32,000 nt of DNA from Methanobacterium sp. (GCA_019084405.1 JAHRFX010000105.1:13228-45227), one strand, 5' to 3'. Counted from the first letter of the stretch, positions 1 through 10,874 are shown. Numbers and translations are program-made. Notes: generated by a model from the sequence alone, not told the origin.

Positions 1-162
1 TAATAGGGTATATATTAATTGTTGCCTAACTTAAAGTCTATCTACGCTATCTTTACATTTATTTTATTAAAATATTATACCTAATAAATTAGAAATTATT
101 TTATTAACATTGACTCTTAAATAAACCTTTGCCTCTTAAATATTTTAATCAGGGTAAAAAAA

Positions 163-366
163 ATGAAAGGAAATTATAGAAAAGACATAAAAAAAGGCTC
201 TATGGTGGACATAGTACTTAAAAAAGATCAAAGATCAGGTAAAACTACCAGGGGTATTGTTAAAGATTTATTAACACGCTCCTCATTCCATCCCCATGGT
301 ATTAAGGTCCGGCTTGAAGATGGAAAGGTGGGAAGGGTTAAAGAAGTAATAAATGATTCAAATTAG
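163..366 (+). CDS. YwbE-family small protein (DUF2196)
   Basis: 67-aa ORF. The segment VDIVLKKDQRSGKxTxGIVKDLLTxSxFHPHGIKVRLEDGxVGRV matches my recollection of the conserved YwbE/DUF2196 core. Confidence 0.7.
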   Translation: MKGNYRKDIKKGSMVDIVLKKDQRSGKTTRGIVKDLLTRSSFHPHGIKVRLEDGKVGRVKEVINDSN

Positions 367-375
367 TTTAAATAT

Positions 376-765
376 TTAAATGCATTTTTGATAATTCTTC
401 TTCACCACATGGTTCAAAATGAATTTTATAGACTCTATAAAAATCATTATGATATAGACTACCATGCCCAGGATTAATGCCAGTAAAACGCCCCAGGTAT
501 ATATTTCCTGACTAAATGAGAAGGGGAATACCTGATAAAAAGCACTGGCCACCAGTAATCCTAAAACATTCAATAATATTTTTAAAAGATTATGTAGCCA
601 GCCATGGTAATAGGCCAGGAATATTATATTGGCCCCAATGGTACTCAGGATTAAAATATTCAGAATACCCAGTACCTGACTAAATTCAGAGGTAATGAAT
701 GAAATATTCCAGTTTAGTATATTGTTGGCAATATACCATATGATTATATTTACTATAATGGCCAC
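376..765 (-). CDS. Hypothetical integral membrane protein (about 4 TM segments)
   Basis: 129-aa ORF made almost entirely of hydrophobic helices. Convergent with the YwbE-like gene. No recognisable family motif. Confidence 0.45.
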   Translation of the reverse strand: MAIIVNIIIWYIANNILNWNISFITSEFSQVLGILNILILSTIGANIIFLAYYHGWLHNLLKILLNVLGLLVASAFYQVFPFSFSQEIYTWGVLLALILGMVVYIIMIFIESIKFILNHVVKKNYQKCI

Positions 766-884
766 TGCAAAATCTGTTTTTTTACTTTCTTATCTTTAAA
801 TATATTTTTAAGAAATTTTTTACATTTTCATCCGATGATTCGGGCAATTAAATCTCTCCCATACTCTATTGATTAAAATCTGTC

Positions 885-1214
885 TTATTCCTCCAGGAGA
901 TGACAGATTCCCGCCACTCGAGAAACATCAAGTATAAATGCTATTCCCTTTCCGGGTGTTTCCAGTCCCCCCTCTTCTACCACGGCTTCAAATACCATAT
1001 TAACCAGTTCATCTTTAATCAATATCATCACCACTTCTTTTTCTGGCTCAATGGGCATCCCTAAAAATTTTCCGTGCTCATGAATGCCGGTACCACGACC
1101 AAAATACATGGTACCTCCTTCTGCCCCGGCCTTACGGGCAATCTTCATGATGTAACTTCCACGTCCGGCTTCCACAATAGCATATATTAGTTTAAATCCA
1201 GAACAGGTACTCAT
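885..1214 (-). CDS. P-II (GlnB-like) family signal-transduction protein, DUF1538-associated type
   Basis: 109-aa ORF with P-II-like beta-alpha-beta layout (KLIYAIVEAGRG..., GRGTG loop, ...GKGIAFILDVSRV). Last gene of an operon with two DUF1538 membrane proteins. Confidence 0.7.
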   Translation of the reverse strand: MSTCSGFKLIYAIVEAGRGSYIMKIARKAGAEGGTMYFGRGTGIHEHGKFLGMPIEPEKEVVMILIKDELVNMVFEAVVEEGGLETPGKGIAFILDVSRVAGICHLLEE

Positions 1215-1238
1215 AATTTTTCCTCCTTTAAAATAGTT

Positions 1239-1952
1239 TTATTCATCTTTTTCCCTCTTTTTTAAAATAATTCCTAAAACCAGAATGAATATTATGGGAA
1301 ACATGGCCACCAGACCCACCGTACCCAGGCCCAGTAGTCCAGAATCCTCCCCCTTCAATCCAATGGCAATGCTGGTCATAATAGGCAAAGCAAAGGTAAC
1401 CACCATAGGGCCGGTGGCCACTGCCCCGGAATCAAAGGCAATAGGGATGAAGTCTTTAGGTGTAAAAATAACCAGGCACAATATTAGCACATAACCGGGG
1501 ATGAGAATCAGGGCCAGAGGAATCTCCAGATAAATCCTCAAAGCTGAAAAAAATAGGGCGAAACCCACACCCAGGGCAATACTTAATATCATCAGATTTT
1601 TTCTAAGATATCCTGATGAAACTTTCTCTACTTCGTAAACAAATACATTAACAGCAGGTTCAGCTAAAATTGAAAATATTCCCACTATAAAAGTGAATAT
1701 GATTACCCAGGTGTAATTAACTCCAGATAAATAATTTCCAATCAGAGTACCCATGGGTATCAAACTGAGCTTCGCTCCCCAGAAAAAGAAGAAAAACCCA
1801 ATTATGGTCATAAAGACTCCAGATAATAGTTCCATTATATTTTGGGGGATTTTTCTTAAAATTAAAACCTGAAAAATGAAAAACAGTATCAATACAGGTA
1901 ATATGGCCTCTACCACTTCTTTAAAAATTTCCAGAGCACCCAGAGGATCCAT
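1239..1952 (-). CDS. DUF1538 family membrane protein (uncharacterised transporter subunit)
   Basis: 237-aa polytopic membrane ORF, paralogous to the upstream gene. Shared motifs: AFDSGAVATGPM vs AFDLGAVTTGPM, and LAEPAV vs LAEPDV. Confidence 0.7.
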   Translation of the reverse strand: MDPLGALEIFKEVVEAILPVLILFFIFQVLILRKIPQNIMELLSGVFMTIIGFFFFFWGAKLSLIPMGTLIGNYLSGVNYTWVIIFTFIVGIFSILAEPAVNVFVYEVEKVSSGYLRKNLMILSIALGVGFALFFSALRIYLEIPLALILIPGYVLILCLVIFTPKDFIPIAFDSGAVATGPMVVTFALPIMTSIAIGLKGEDSGLLGLGTVGLVAMFPIIFILVLGIILKKREKDE

Positions 1953-2656
1953 TAAATCCCCCCTCTAATTAAGCTCCAGATTAATATGGCCAGTACCGGG
2001 CCAATTGATCCAATGGCCATAATTCCAAAACCAGATTCTAACCTATCCCTTCCACCTAATACTGAAGCAATACCTACACCTATAGCGATAAGGAAGGGCA
2101 CGGTCATGGGTCCGGTGGTTACAGCCCCCAGATCAAAGGCTTTGGCTATGAATTCATCTGCTGTTAATATGGAGAGGACTATGGCTGCACCATAACCAGG
2201 TATCAGGATGTATATTATGGGGAAATCTACCATGCTCCGTAAGATAGCCAGTGTGGTAAAAAAACCCAGACCCAGGGCAGTTACATAGATTAATTCATTT
2301 TGACTTATATTCAGAAGTGTTATCTGAGTTATTTGAAAGGCTACCAGCCTTACATCTGGCTCGGCCAGGGTCAGGGTCAGGCCTAATAGAAAACCAAATA
2401 GCATTATCATAATGAATGCTCTTTTTTCTATAAAAGAAGATCCCATATTCTCTCCTAAAGGAAGTAATCCTTTTTTGGCCCCCTGTACAAAAAGAGTAAA
2501 TCCTAAAATGGTTGATAAAAGTCCCATACCCACCTGCAAAAATTCCATCCAGGGCATCTTAATTAAAAACACCTGGAAAATTAAAATCAAGATTATGGCT
2601 GGTGAAAGGGAGCGTAATGTTGCTTTAAATTCTCTTTTTAAATCTTCAAGATACAT
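1952..2656 (-). CDS. DUF1538 family membrane protein (uncharacterised transporter subunit)
   Basis: 234-aa polytopic membrane ORF, paralogue of 1239..1952. Its TAA stop shares one base with the ATG of the next gene (TAATG on the minus strand). Confidence 0.7.
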   Translation of the reverse strand: MYLEDLKREFKATLRSLSPAIILILIFQVFLIKMPWMEFLQVGMGLLSTILGFTLFVQGAKKGLLPLGENMGSSFIEKRAFIMIMLFGFLLGLTLTLAEPDVRLVAFQITQITLLNISQNELIYVTALGLGFFTTLAILRSMVDFPIIYILIPGYGAAIVLSILTADEFIAKAFDLGAVTTGPMTVPFLIAIGVGIASVLGGRDRLESGFGIMAIGSIGPVLAILIWSLIRGGI

Positions 2657-2756
2657 TTTTCCTCCCTTTTTAAATACCTATCTTATTTATAATTTATATT
2701 GCTAATTCAGGGGATATTACTCTTCCCTTAGTTTATTTTTATAAAAAATATTATTA

Positions 2757-3857
2757 TTAAAATGTTTCTAACCTGGTGGGATGTATATATCCACTTCTTA
2801 TCAAATGATCAGTTAAAACCATGGCCACTGCAGATTCAGCCACAGGAACTATACGGGGGCAAATGCAGGGATCATGTCTTCCCTTAATTTCAATTTCAGT
2901 TTCTTCTTTTTTATCCAGATTCACTGTTTTCTGCACCATGGATATGGAAGGAGTGGGTTTAACTGCCATGCGCATTATAATGGGCATTCCACTGGACATC
3001 CCTCCAAGTATACCTCCGGAGGTATTGGTGGTGGTTTTAACTTCATCCCTTTCCATATAAAACTCGTCATTAATGGCGGAAGCAGTATATTCTGCTACTT
3101 TAAATCCGAATCCTATTTCCACACCTTTGACTGATCCTATGTTCATTAATGCCCGGGATAAGTCACCATCCAGTTTATCAAAAACCGGCTCACCTAAACC
3201 AGCAGGAACTCCCTGGGCAATAATTTCCACCACACCCCCCAGGGAATCTCCTTTTGATTTAGCATCAAGTATGGCTTTTTCCATTTTCAGGGCTGCCTGG
3301 GAATCAGCACATCTAACTGGATTCAGGCTAGAATATTCTTCAACTAAATTTAAATTCACGGTATGGGCTTTAACTTTCCCTACCTGTGTTACGTGGGCCA
3401 CCACCTTAATACTCAATTTATCCAGTAGTTTTTTGGCTATACTTCCACCAATAACATGACCAATGGTATTACGGCCGCTCCCCCTACCTCCTCCCCGGTA
3501 GTCATAATGGCCATAGCGACTTATCCAGCAGTAATCACCATGCCCGGGCCGGGGCTTGTTTTTGAGATTTTCATAGGCAGATGAATCTGCATCCTTATTA
3601 TATACCACGGCGGCAATGGGAGTTCCATCGGTCAGGCCTTTAAATACTCCTGATAAAATTTCTAATTGATCCTTTTCAGCTCGTGGGGTGCTTAAATGAC
3701 TACTACCTGGTCTTCTTTTATTTAATTCTACCTGTATATCTTCTTTACTTAATTCCAGCCCAGCCGGGCATCCATCAACCACAGCACCTAAAGCTCTACC
3801 GTGGCTGGATCCAAAGGTGGTTACGGCGAACATTTTACCGGTGGTGTTTCCTGCCAT
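2757..3857 (-). CDS. aroC: Chorismate synthase
   Basis: 366-aa ORF. N-terminus [18 protein letters not shown], plus [18 protein letters not shown] and GRHDPCI motifs typical of AroC. Confidence 0.95.
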   Translation of the reverse strand: MAGNTTGKMFAVTTFGSSHGRALGAVVDGCPAGLELSKEDIQVELNKRRPGSSHLSTPRAEKDQLEILSGVFKGLTDGTPIAAVVYNKDADSSAYENLKNKPRPGHGDYCWISRYGHYDYRGGGRGSGRNTIGHVIGGSIAKKLLDKLSIKVVAHVTQVGKVKAHTVNLNLVEEYSSLNPVRCADSQAALKMEKAILDAKSKGDSLGGVVEIIAQGVPAGLGEPVFDKLDGDLSRALMNIGSVKGVEIGFGFKVAEYTASAINDEFYMERDEVKTTTNTSGGILGGMSSGMPIIMRMAVKPTPSISMVQKTVNLDKKEETEIEIKGRHDPCICPRIVPVAESAVAMVLTDHLIRSGYIHPTRLETF

Positions 3858-3989
3858 TTTTAATTACTCCCAATTAATTTTATAGTCCATTTTAATTAGT
3901 TTAAGGTAAATCAATTAACTTTATTTGATTATAAATTCAAATAATCCATAATTCTTATATATCCATCATTATTATTAAAATTATAAAGT

Positions 3990-4268
3990 ATGATTCCCAT
4001 GCTGGAGATTATATTTTTCTTAATGATATTTTTTATCTTTGCCCTATTTTCTAGAAAACTGGAAAATAATTCTATAACTCAGATATTTTTGGTGCTAACC
4101 TCCTTAATAACCGCCTTATTACTTTTTATCACATTTAATTTCCAGGATTCATTCCCTTACATACTTATCGTGGCGGAACTGGCCCTGCTACTGGTTTTCA
4201 GATGCCTCCCGAATTGGGCTTTCTTATACTATAAAGAACATGATTTGACTCTAAGCTATTGGGTGTAG
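3990..4268 (+). CDS. Hypothetical small membrane protein
   Basis: 92-aa hydrophobic ORF in an otherwise empty gap. No family recognised, and it could be spurious in AT-rich DNA. Confidence 0.3.
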   Translation: MIPMLEIIFFLMIFFIFALFSRKLENNSITQIFLVLTSLITALLLFITFNFQDSFPYILIVAELALLLVFRCLPNWAFLYYKEHDLTLSYWV

Positions 4269-4341
4269 GGACGCCTCCAATTTGTATGCACACTGGATTA
4301 AGAAGAACCAGAATATTTGAATTTACGATGAGTGATAACTT

Positions 4342-5061
4342 ATGAAAGCTTTGAAAATAGCCAAGTCTTCTATCTTAATGAATATCTATGAAAGATTACT
4401 CTCTTTATATGGGCCCCAGGGCTGGTGGCCATTGATAAATTATAAAGGTTCCCCACCCACCAAAACCGGTTCTATGCAGGGGTATCATCCTGGTAATTAT
4501 GATCTCCCTGAAAATAATAAACAGATTTACGAGATTATGTTAGGGGCCATACTGGTTCAAAATACTAACTGGAAATTAGCTGAACAGGCTTTATTACGAT
4601 TAAATGATGAAACAGGTATTGATCCTGAAAAAATACTTCAATTAAGTGCCAGTGATTTGAAAGAGACCATAAAATGTGCTGGATTTTTTAATCAGAAGGC
4701 AAATTATCTAAGGAATATAACTGAGTTTTTTATAAAATTAGAAGGACGCACTCCCCACAGAAAAGAAATCTTAGCTATAAAGGGTGTGGGGGAGGAAACT
4801 GCAGATTCTATTTTATTATATGCTTACCATAAACCTGAATTTGTGGTGGACGCATATACCAGACGTATATTCCATTATCTGAATTTTACTAATCAAAAAG
4901 CAAAATATAAGCAAGTTAAAGAACTATTTGAATTAAATTTACCGGAAGATGTGCCTCTTTTCCAGGAATACCATGCACTTATTGTGGAACATGCTAAAAG
5001 ACACTACATTAAAAAACCATTTAAAGATGAAGCCCTCCAGGAGTTCAAGATAAATAAATAG
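4342..5061 (+). CDS. Endonuclease III-related HhH-GPD base-excision repair family protein
   Basis: 239-aa ORF with [10 protein letters not shown]-terminal signature, helix-hairpin-helix [16 protein letters not shown], and downstream Asp (VVDAYTRRI). No C-terminal Fe-S Cys cluster is visible. Confidence 0.75.
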   Translation: MKALKIAKSSILMNIYERLLSLYGPQGWWPLINYKGSPPTKTGSMQGYHPGNYDLPENNKQIYEIMLGAILVQNTNWKLAEQALLRLNDETGIDPEKILQLSASDLKETIKCAGFFNQKANYLRNITEFFIKLEGRTPHRKEILAIKGVGEETADSILLYAYHKPEFVVDAYTRRIFHYLNFTNQKAKYKQVKELFELNLPEDVPLFQEYHALIVEHAKRHYIKKPFKDEALQEFKINK

Positions 5062-5339
5062 ATTTATAATTAAATCACCATGGAATCTACTATGTAAAAG
5101 ACTTTTTTTATATGTTTCAGGAAGTTTTGATATATCTTCACCAGTTTAAAATATAAACAATGCTGATATCCCGGTAGATTTAAAGCCTAAATCCGGAGCA
5201 GTATATAACCTCATAAATCTGGTAAAACATTTTAAAAAATTCTTAAAATTTATATAAAAAAGATAAATTAATAAAAAATCAATACGATATAAAATATTAA
5301 TTCTTTTTATAAAACCTTTTTAAAAGGAGAAAATGTAAA

Positions 5340-6131
5340 ATGCCCCTTAATTTTTCAGATATCAGTGTTTTTATTATTAAATTAACCTTCAAATCCCGCT
5401 TTAAACTATCAAAACTCTGCAAAAAAATACCTCCTCTGGCCCGGGCAGCTGATATTTTATTTTTCCAGGGTGACGATATCCTGGTAATCCCCCGGGATAA
5501 TACCATTAATAAACAATACACCGCAGTGGAAATAAATCATGATATCCCGGTCCCCCAGAAAGAAACAATACTACCTGGCCAGGTATTAAAGGAAATAATA
5601 CTAAAATCCCGTTACCATGTTATTATGGATAAGTGTATTTGTCGTGTATCCACTGGTTGTGAGAATTATCCCCATGAATTGGGTTGCTTATTTTTAGGAA
5701 GGGGAGCCCTAAAGATTTCTCCCAAATTAGGGAAAAGGGTTTCCACTAAACAAGCTATAAAACACGTTGAAAAATGCCAAAAGGCAGGCCTGGTTCATAT
5801 TATTGGTAGAAATAAAATAGACAGTGTTTGGTTAAATACAGGGCCTAAAGAGGATCTTTTATCCATTTGTAACTGCTGTCCCTGTTGTTGTTTGTGGAAG
5901 ATGACCCCGGAACTTCCAGATAATATTGCTAAAAGTATAGTCCCTATGAGGGGCATAGAGATCAAGTTCCAGGAAGAACTATGCAATGGATGTGGCCAAT
6001 GCTTCTCTTCTATCTGTTTTGTAGAAGCAATTACTTTAAAAAGTGATAAGGCTATAAGAGACCCTGAAAGATGCAGGGGATGTGGTAGATGTGCTGAAAT
6101 TTGTAATAGGGGGCTTTCCAGGTTGAAATAA
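5340..6131 (+). CDS. Cys-rich Fe-S protein with C-terminal 2x[4Fe-4S] ferredoxin-type domain
   Basis: 263-aa ORF. Contains CNGCGQCFSSIC and CRGCGRCAEIC (CxxCxxCxxxC) motifs plus CNCCPCCC and CICRVSTGC clusters. AGGAG lies about 10 nt upstream of the ATG. The C-terminus looks frame-shifted (see findings). Confidence 0.6.
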   Translation: MPLNFSDISVFIIKLTFKSRFKLSKLCKKIPPLARAADILFFQGDDILVIPRDNTINKQYTAVEINHDIPVPQKETILPGQVLKEIILKSRYHVIMDKCICRVSTGCENYPHELGCLFLGRGALKISPKLGKRVSTKQAIKHVEKCQKAGLVHIIGRNKIDSVWLNTGPKEDLLSICNCCPCCCLWKMTPELPDNIAKSIVPMRGIEIKFQEELCNGCGQCFSSICFVEAITLKSDKAIRDPERCRGCGRCAEICNRGLSRLK

Positions 6132-6366
6132 AATCAGATGCAGTTAAAAATTCAATTGAGCATGTGCAGTCACTGGTAGATGTGGAGTCTGATTAAGATC
6201 AGGACATTACAAAAGATATATAAAAATTTAAGGACTACTCTTAATAATATTTAGATAAATAATCCTGATATTTAATACTGTTTTCAAATATTAAAAATGG
6301 GATTAAACTATTATTATTAAATTTTAGTAGAACAAAATCATTTAAATTAAATTATAAGGTGATTAA

Positions 6367-7335
6367 ATGGAATTTCCAATAACCCGGATGCGCCGACTTA
6401 GAAAAAATTCTCAAATAAGGGACATTTTACAGGAAACCCGTTTGGTGCCTGAAAACTTCATCTATCCTGTTTTTGTTAAAGAAGAACTTAAAAAAGGTCA
6501 GGTAGAATTAATCGACACCATGCCTGGACAAAAACGTTACGCCCTGGAGGATATGGTGGATGAGGCTAAAATTCTGGAAGAAAAAGGATTAAAATCAATA
6601 TTATTATTTGGTTTGCCGGCTATAAAGGACGATTTTGGTTCTTCAGCCCATGATCCCCAGGGAATTGTACAAAAATCCATAAAACTTCTAAAAGAAGAAA
6701 CCAATCTGGTGGTAATGACCGATGTTTGCCTTTGCCAGTACACCAACCAGGGTCACTGTGGAATTGTGGAAGATGGAAAAATACTTAATGATGAAACCCT
6801 GGAACATTTAGCTCAGATTGCTTTAAGTCATGCTGAAGCAGGGGCAGATGTGGTGGCTCCTTCTGATATGATGGATGGAAGGGTAGATGCCATAAGGGAA
6901 ATGCTGGACCTTAATGGATTTGAAGATACCTTAATCATGTCCTATGCAGCTAAATATGCTTCTGCATTTTACGCCCCCTTCCGGGACGCCGTATGCTCCG
7001 GGCCCTGTTTTGGGGATAGAAAAACCTATCAGATGAATCCTTCCAATACTCGGGAAGCACTCCGGGAGGCGGAACTGGATTTAATGGAAGGTGCAGATAT
7101 ATTGCTGATTAAACCGGCCCTGGCCTACCTGGACATTATAAAAATGATTAAAGAGGAATTCAAAGTACCCACCGCTGCTTATAATGTAAGTGGGGAATAT
7201 TCAATGCTCAAAGCAGGAATAGAAGCAGGATATCTCACAGAAGAATCTGTATATGAGACCTTACTTTCTATTAAACGTGCCGGGGCAGATCTAATTATAT
7301 CTCATTTTACCCCTGAATTTTTGGAAATATTATAA
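6367..7335 (+). CDS. hemB: Porphobilinogen synthase (delta-aminolevulinate dehydratase)
   Basis: 322-aa ORF. RMRRLR N-terminus, Cys-rich metal site [14 protein letters not shown], active-site region APSDMMDGR, and YNVSGEY. AAGGTGA RBS upstream. Confidence 0.95.
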   Translation: MEFPITRMRRLRKNSQIRDILQETRLVPENFIYPVFVKEELKKGQVELIDTMPGQKRYALEDMVDEAKILEEKGLKSILLFGLPAIKDDFGSSAHDPQGIVQKSIKLLKEETNLVVMTDVCLCQYTNQGHCGIVEDGKILNDETLEHLAQIALSHAEAGADVVAPSDMMDGRVDAIREMLDLNGFEDTLIMSYAAKYASAFYAPFRDAVCSGPCFGDRKTYQMNPSNTREALREAELDLMEGADILLIKPALAYLDIIKMIKEEFKVPTAAYNVSGEYSMLKAGIEAGYLTEESVYETLLSIKRAGADLIISHFTPEFLEIL

Positions 7336-7356
7336 TATTATAATAGAGGTTTAATA

Positions 7357-8280
7357 ATGGATCGGGATTATATTGTCAAAGCTGCCCAGATAGCATCGGT
7401 TTTAGAAGTAAGCGGCCATCCAAAGCCGGGAAATGTTCACCGTAATCGTGATTTTCATGATATGGTATTTGAGGATTTCTTAATAAGCGGAGTGGTTATT
7501 GGGGATATCATGAGAAAAACAGCAAAAAAAGGCGAAAGACTCAGCCTCGACTCTGACCTATCATCACTGGGACTGGGAAAATTGATTTTAGAGGCAGTTC
7601 AGGAGACAAATAAATGGGTTTTGAATAATACCAATCTGGGTATTGTAATGCTTTTGATCCCTATTTCTGCTGCAGCTGCCATGAGTGATAGTTTCCTCCA
7701 ATTAAGGGAAAATATTCACCTTTTACTGATTAACACCACTCCTAAAGATGCTGTAAATTTATATAAAGCCATTCATTTGGCTGATGCAGGGGGAATGGGC
7801 AAAAGGGATGATCTGGATGTTACCCATGAAGATTCCCATCAGGAACTGTTGGATAAAGAGATTAACATGTTCCAGATACTGGAGATTTCTGCCCGATGGG
7901 ATTTACTGGCCAGGGAACTAACCACTAAAATGCCGGTTACCTTTGAATATGGATTTAAAGTTTTTAAAAAAATAAAAAAGTATCATAATATAAACTCTGC
8001 TACGGTACAGACCTTTTTAACTATCTTGTCCTGTTTTCCAGATACCCTTATCTCCCGTAAATATGGAATGGATATATCCCGGGAGGTTTCCTGTGAGGCC
8101 AAGGATATATTAGATAAGGGAGGAATATTAACCAGAGAGGGCTGCCAGGAACTGGAAATTTTTGATGAGAAATTATTCCAGAATAAATACAATCCCGGCA
8201 CCACTGCTGATTTAACTGCTTCATCTATAATGGTGGCATTATTAGAGAATTATGATCATGAAAGCTGGACTAAAGATTAA
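7357..8280 (+). CDS. Triphosphoribosyl-dephospho-CoA synthase (CitG/MdcB) family protein
   Basis: 307-aa ORF. AxxALxxEVSxxPKPGNVHR N-terminal signature and C-terminal NPGTTADL motif as in the CitG family. Confidence 0.75.
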   Translation: MDRDYIVKAAQIASVLEVSGHPKPGNVHRNRDFHDMVFEDFLISGVVIGDIMRKTAKKGERLSLDSDLSSLGLGKLILEAVQETNKWVLNNTNLGIVMLLIPISAAAAMSDSFLQLRENIHLLLINTTPKDAVNLYKAIHLADAGGMGKRDDLDVTHEDSHQELLDKEINMFQILEISARWDLLARELTTKMPVTFEYGFKVFKKIKKYHNINSATVQTFLTILSCFPDTLISRKYGMDISREVSCEAKDILDKGGILTREGCQELEIFDEKLFQNKYNPGTTADLTASSIMVALLENYDHESWTKD

Positions 8281-8301
8281 TAACCTCTTTATTAATGGGA
8301 A

Positions 8302-9861
8302 GTGACTCTAATGAGCAAAGAAAATGCTAGGATCATCAATGAATTACATATTTACGAAAAAAAAGTTCTAAAAGCCCTGGAAAAATCCAGGCAATCACTT
8401 ATCCCCGAGGATATAGTCCAGTCTCAGAACCTGGATATTAAATCGGTTATGAGTGCAGCCGGGTCACTGGCTTCTAAAGGCCTGATTAAAGTTCAAAAGG
8501 ATACCGATGAAATTTTAAGTTTATCCCCTGATGGAGAGACATTTGCCCGGGAGGGTCTGCCTGAGAGAAAGCTACTGGAAATTTTATATTTACAGAAAAA
8601 TATCCCTATGAAAGATATAGGAGATGAAACTGGATTAAATCCAAAGGATGTTAAAATAGGAGTGGGTTGGTTAGTAAGGAAAAAATGGGCTAACATAGAT
8701 CAGGGTGTTGTAAAAATCACCACCCGGGGTGAGGATTCTCACAGAACCCCTCAAATAGATGAAAAACTTCTCCATATACTTTTAGAACAGTGTAAACTAT
8801 CTTCCAGCAACCTGGAAGAAGAACTAAAAGATGGGCTTAAACTTCTAAAAAGTCGTAAAGGCTTAATTAATTTTGATAAAATTACTGATCATACTATTTC
8901 TATAACTAAAAAGGGCCAGAACCTTTTAGAGGATGGTATAATAATTCAGGAAGAGGCCACCCAGCTTACTCACCATCATTTAAAAACAGGTAAATGGAAA
9001 AACCTCAATTACAGGGGGTATGATATACAGGCTGAGTACCCGGAGTTCTACCCTGGTAAAATGCATCCTTTAAGACGGATAATGGAGGAGATAAGGAATA
9101 TATTTTTGAATATGGGGTTTACTGAATCCAGGGGACCAATTCTAGAATCAGCATTCTGGAATTTCGATTCCCTTTTTCAGCCTCAGGACCATGCTGCCCG
9201 GGAAATGCAGGACACTTTTTATATTAAAAATCCATCTACTTCCCGGCTGCCTGAAGAAGGGCTGGTGGATAAAGTGAAACAGGTTCACGAAGACGGGGCC
9301 CGGACCGGTTCTGAGGGGTGGTGCTACCATTGGGATAAAGACGTGGCCCGTCAATCAGTACTGCGTACCCATACCACCTGTGTTTCGGCACGATTTTTAA
9401 AAGAAAACCCTCCTCCTTTAAAGATGTTTTCAATAGGTCGGGTTTTCAGAAGGGAAACCATTACGTACAAGCATTTACCGGAGTTTAATCAGGTGGAAGG
9501 TATTGTGGCTGCAGATGAAGTTAATTTTAGAAATTTACTGGGAATATTAAAAGAATTTTATAAAAAACTGGGCTTTGAAGTGAGATTCCGTCCGGCGTAC
9601 TTCCCCTACACCTATCTTTCCATCGAGTGCGAAATTTATCTGGAAGAAAAAGAAAGCTGGATAGAACTGGGTGGCGCAGGAATGTTCCGTCCGGAGGTTC
9701 TAGAACCATTAGGCGTGGAAACGCCTGTAGCGGCTTTTGGACTGGGTATAGAAAGATTAGCCATGATAGAATTAGGAATTAAAGATATAAGGATGCTTTA
9801 TAAAAGTGATATAGGTTGGCTGCGAAATCTACCTCTTAAAAATGGAATAAACCTGGAATGA
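8302..9861 (+). CDS. pheS: Phenylalanine--tRNA ligase alpha subunit (archaeal type)
   Basis: 519-aa ORF. N-terminal winged-helix repeats and a class II core ([21 protein letters not shown], FRx[20 protein letters not shown]). The track start is GTG at 8302. The ATG at 8311 (MSKEN...) is an equally plausible start. Confidence 0.95.
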   Translation: MTLMSKENARIINELHIYEKKVLKALEKSRQSLIPEDIVQSQNLDIKSVMSAAGSLASKGLIKVQKDTDEILSLSPDGETFAREGLPERKLLEILYLQKNIPMKDIGDETGLNPKDVKIGVGWLVRKKWANIDQGVVKITTRGEDSHRTPQIDEKLLHILLEQCKLSSSNLEEELKDGLKLLKSRKGLINFDKITDHTISITKKGQNLLEDGIIIQEEATQLTHHHLKTGKWKNLNYRGYDIQAEYPEFYPGKMHPLRRIMEEIRNIFLNMGFTESRGPILESAFWNFDSLFQPQDHAAREMQDTFYIKNPSTSRLPEEGLVDKVKQVHEDGARTGSEGWCYHWDKDVARQSVLRTHTTCVSARFLKENPPPLKMFSIGRVFRRETITYKHLPEFNQVEGIVAADEVNFRNLLGILKEFYKKLGFEVRFRPAYFPYTYLSIECEIYLEEKESWIELGGAGMFRPEVLEPLGVETPVAAFGLGIERLAMIELGIKDIRMLYKSDIGWLRNLPLKNGINLE

Positions 9862-9904
9862 TTAAAAAAAATAAATATTGCTGTTTTATCGGGATTAAAC
9901 TTAT

Positions 9905-10375
9905 TCAATACTGTACCTGGTAGTATTCTCCATCATCCTTTTTTAATTTTCTTAAGATCTTTTTATTCTCTAAGGAAATAATTATATGATACATCCTGAA
10001 ATTACTTACCTTCAAAGGACCATATAATAGATTACCCTCTAAGATATATCTGGATATAATTCCCTGGGGGTTAGCTATTTTTCTTATAATTTCCAGGGCT
10101 TCTAGTTCTAATTGGTTCAATTCAGCGGTTTTAACATCTTTCTGAGTATCAACCACTTCTATTTCATCATCCAGATAATTGGCCTTAATTTTCCCTTCAT
10201 CTCCCCGTGAAACAAGACCTTTTTTTTCCAGATTATCTAAAACCTCTTTGATTTCGTGTTCAGATAAATCAAGATCCATCTTTAGTATATTTTCTGAAAG
10301 GCCTCCAGTATAATCCATCTGAAGATATTTAAGTTGGTTAAACACACTTTTTTCTTTCTTGGTAATGGTAATCAT
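9905..10375 (-). CDS. Hypothetical protein with two winged-helix-like DNA-binding modules
   Basis: 156-aa ORF. Two segments resemble wHTH modules (SEHEIKEVLDNLEKKGLV... and ...HIIISLENKKILRKL). Assigned by pattern only. Confidence 0.45.
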   Translation of the reverse strand: MITITKKEKSVFNQLKYLQMDYTGGLSENILKMDLDLSEHEIKEVLDNLEKKGLVSRGDEGKIKANYLDDEIEVVDTQKDVKTAELNQLELEALEIIRKIANPQGIISRYILEGNLLYGPLKVSNFRMYHIIISLENKKILRKLKKDDGEYYQVQY

Positions 10376-10472
10376 GATTTGCCTGGAATATTTTTATTAT
10401 TCAAGAAAAATTAACAGGATACTGCTTATACTTAATTAATTAGAACCAGAAAAAAATAATAATTTAATATAT

Positions 10473-10874
10473 TCAGGAGGGTGTCAATAATTCGGCAGCT
10501 ACCATCCTACAGATATCTGTTTTAGTTATAACTCCCACTGGTTTATTGTCTTCCATAACCAGCAAACCGGATATGTCTGCTTTTAACATTAAGTTAGCTG
10601 CATCCTCGATACCATCATCAGCAGAAATGGTAATAACATCTTCTACCATAATTTCGGCTATTGTTACTTCTTCTATTTCAGATGGACCGGGTTTAATGGT
10701 TCCTAATACTCCAATCAAATCAGTATAAGATACCACTCCCAGGGCCTTATCATTTTCATCCAGAACAAATAACCTTCTGACCCCATGTTTGTACATTTTT
10801 TCAAAAGCTTCTAAAGGTAAGGTATAATGACTTATAGTTATAACTTCATGATTCATGGCTTCTTTAACCTTCAT
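10473..10874 (-). CDS. CBS domain pair protein
   Basis: 133-aa ORF with two tandem CBS repeats (VITISHYTLPLEAFEKMYKHGVRRLFVLD... and VITISADDGIEDAANLMLKADISGLLVME...). Confidence 0.85.
   Translation of the reverse strand: MKVKEAMNHEVITISHYTLPLEAFEKMYKHGVRRLFVLDENDKALGVVSYTDLIGVLGTIKPGPSEIEEVTIAEIMVEDVITISADDGIEDAANLMLKADISGLLVMEDNKPVGVITKTDICRMVAAELLTPS

Noticed and set aside
3073-3459. 128-aa ORF, plus other track ORFs of 60-127 aa, antisense to aroC, the DUF1538 genes, pheS, the ATP-grasp gene, the MraY-like gene and others
   Set aside because: All are nested in the opposite strand of well-supported genes and have compositionally biased translations. None has independent support.
5297-5521. 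74-aa minus-strand ORF overlapping the start of the Fe-S protein gene
   Set aside because: It overlaps the RBS and 5' end of a better-supported plus-strand CDS, and its basic low-complexity translation matches no family.
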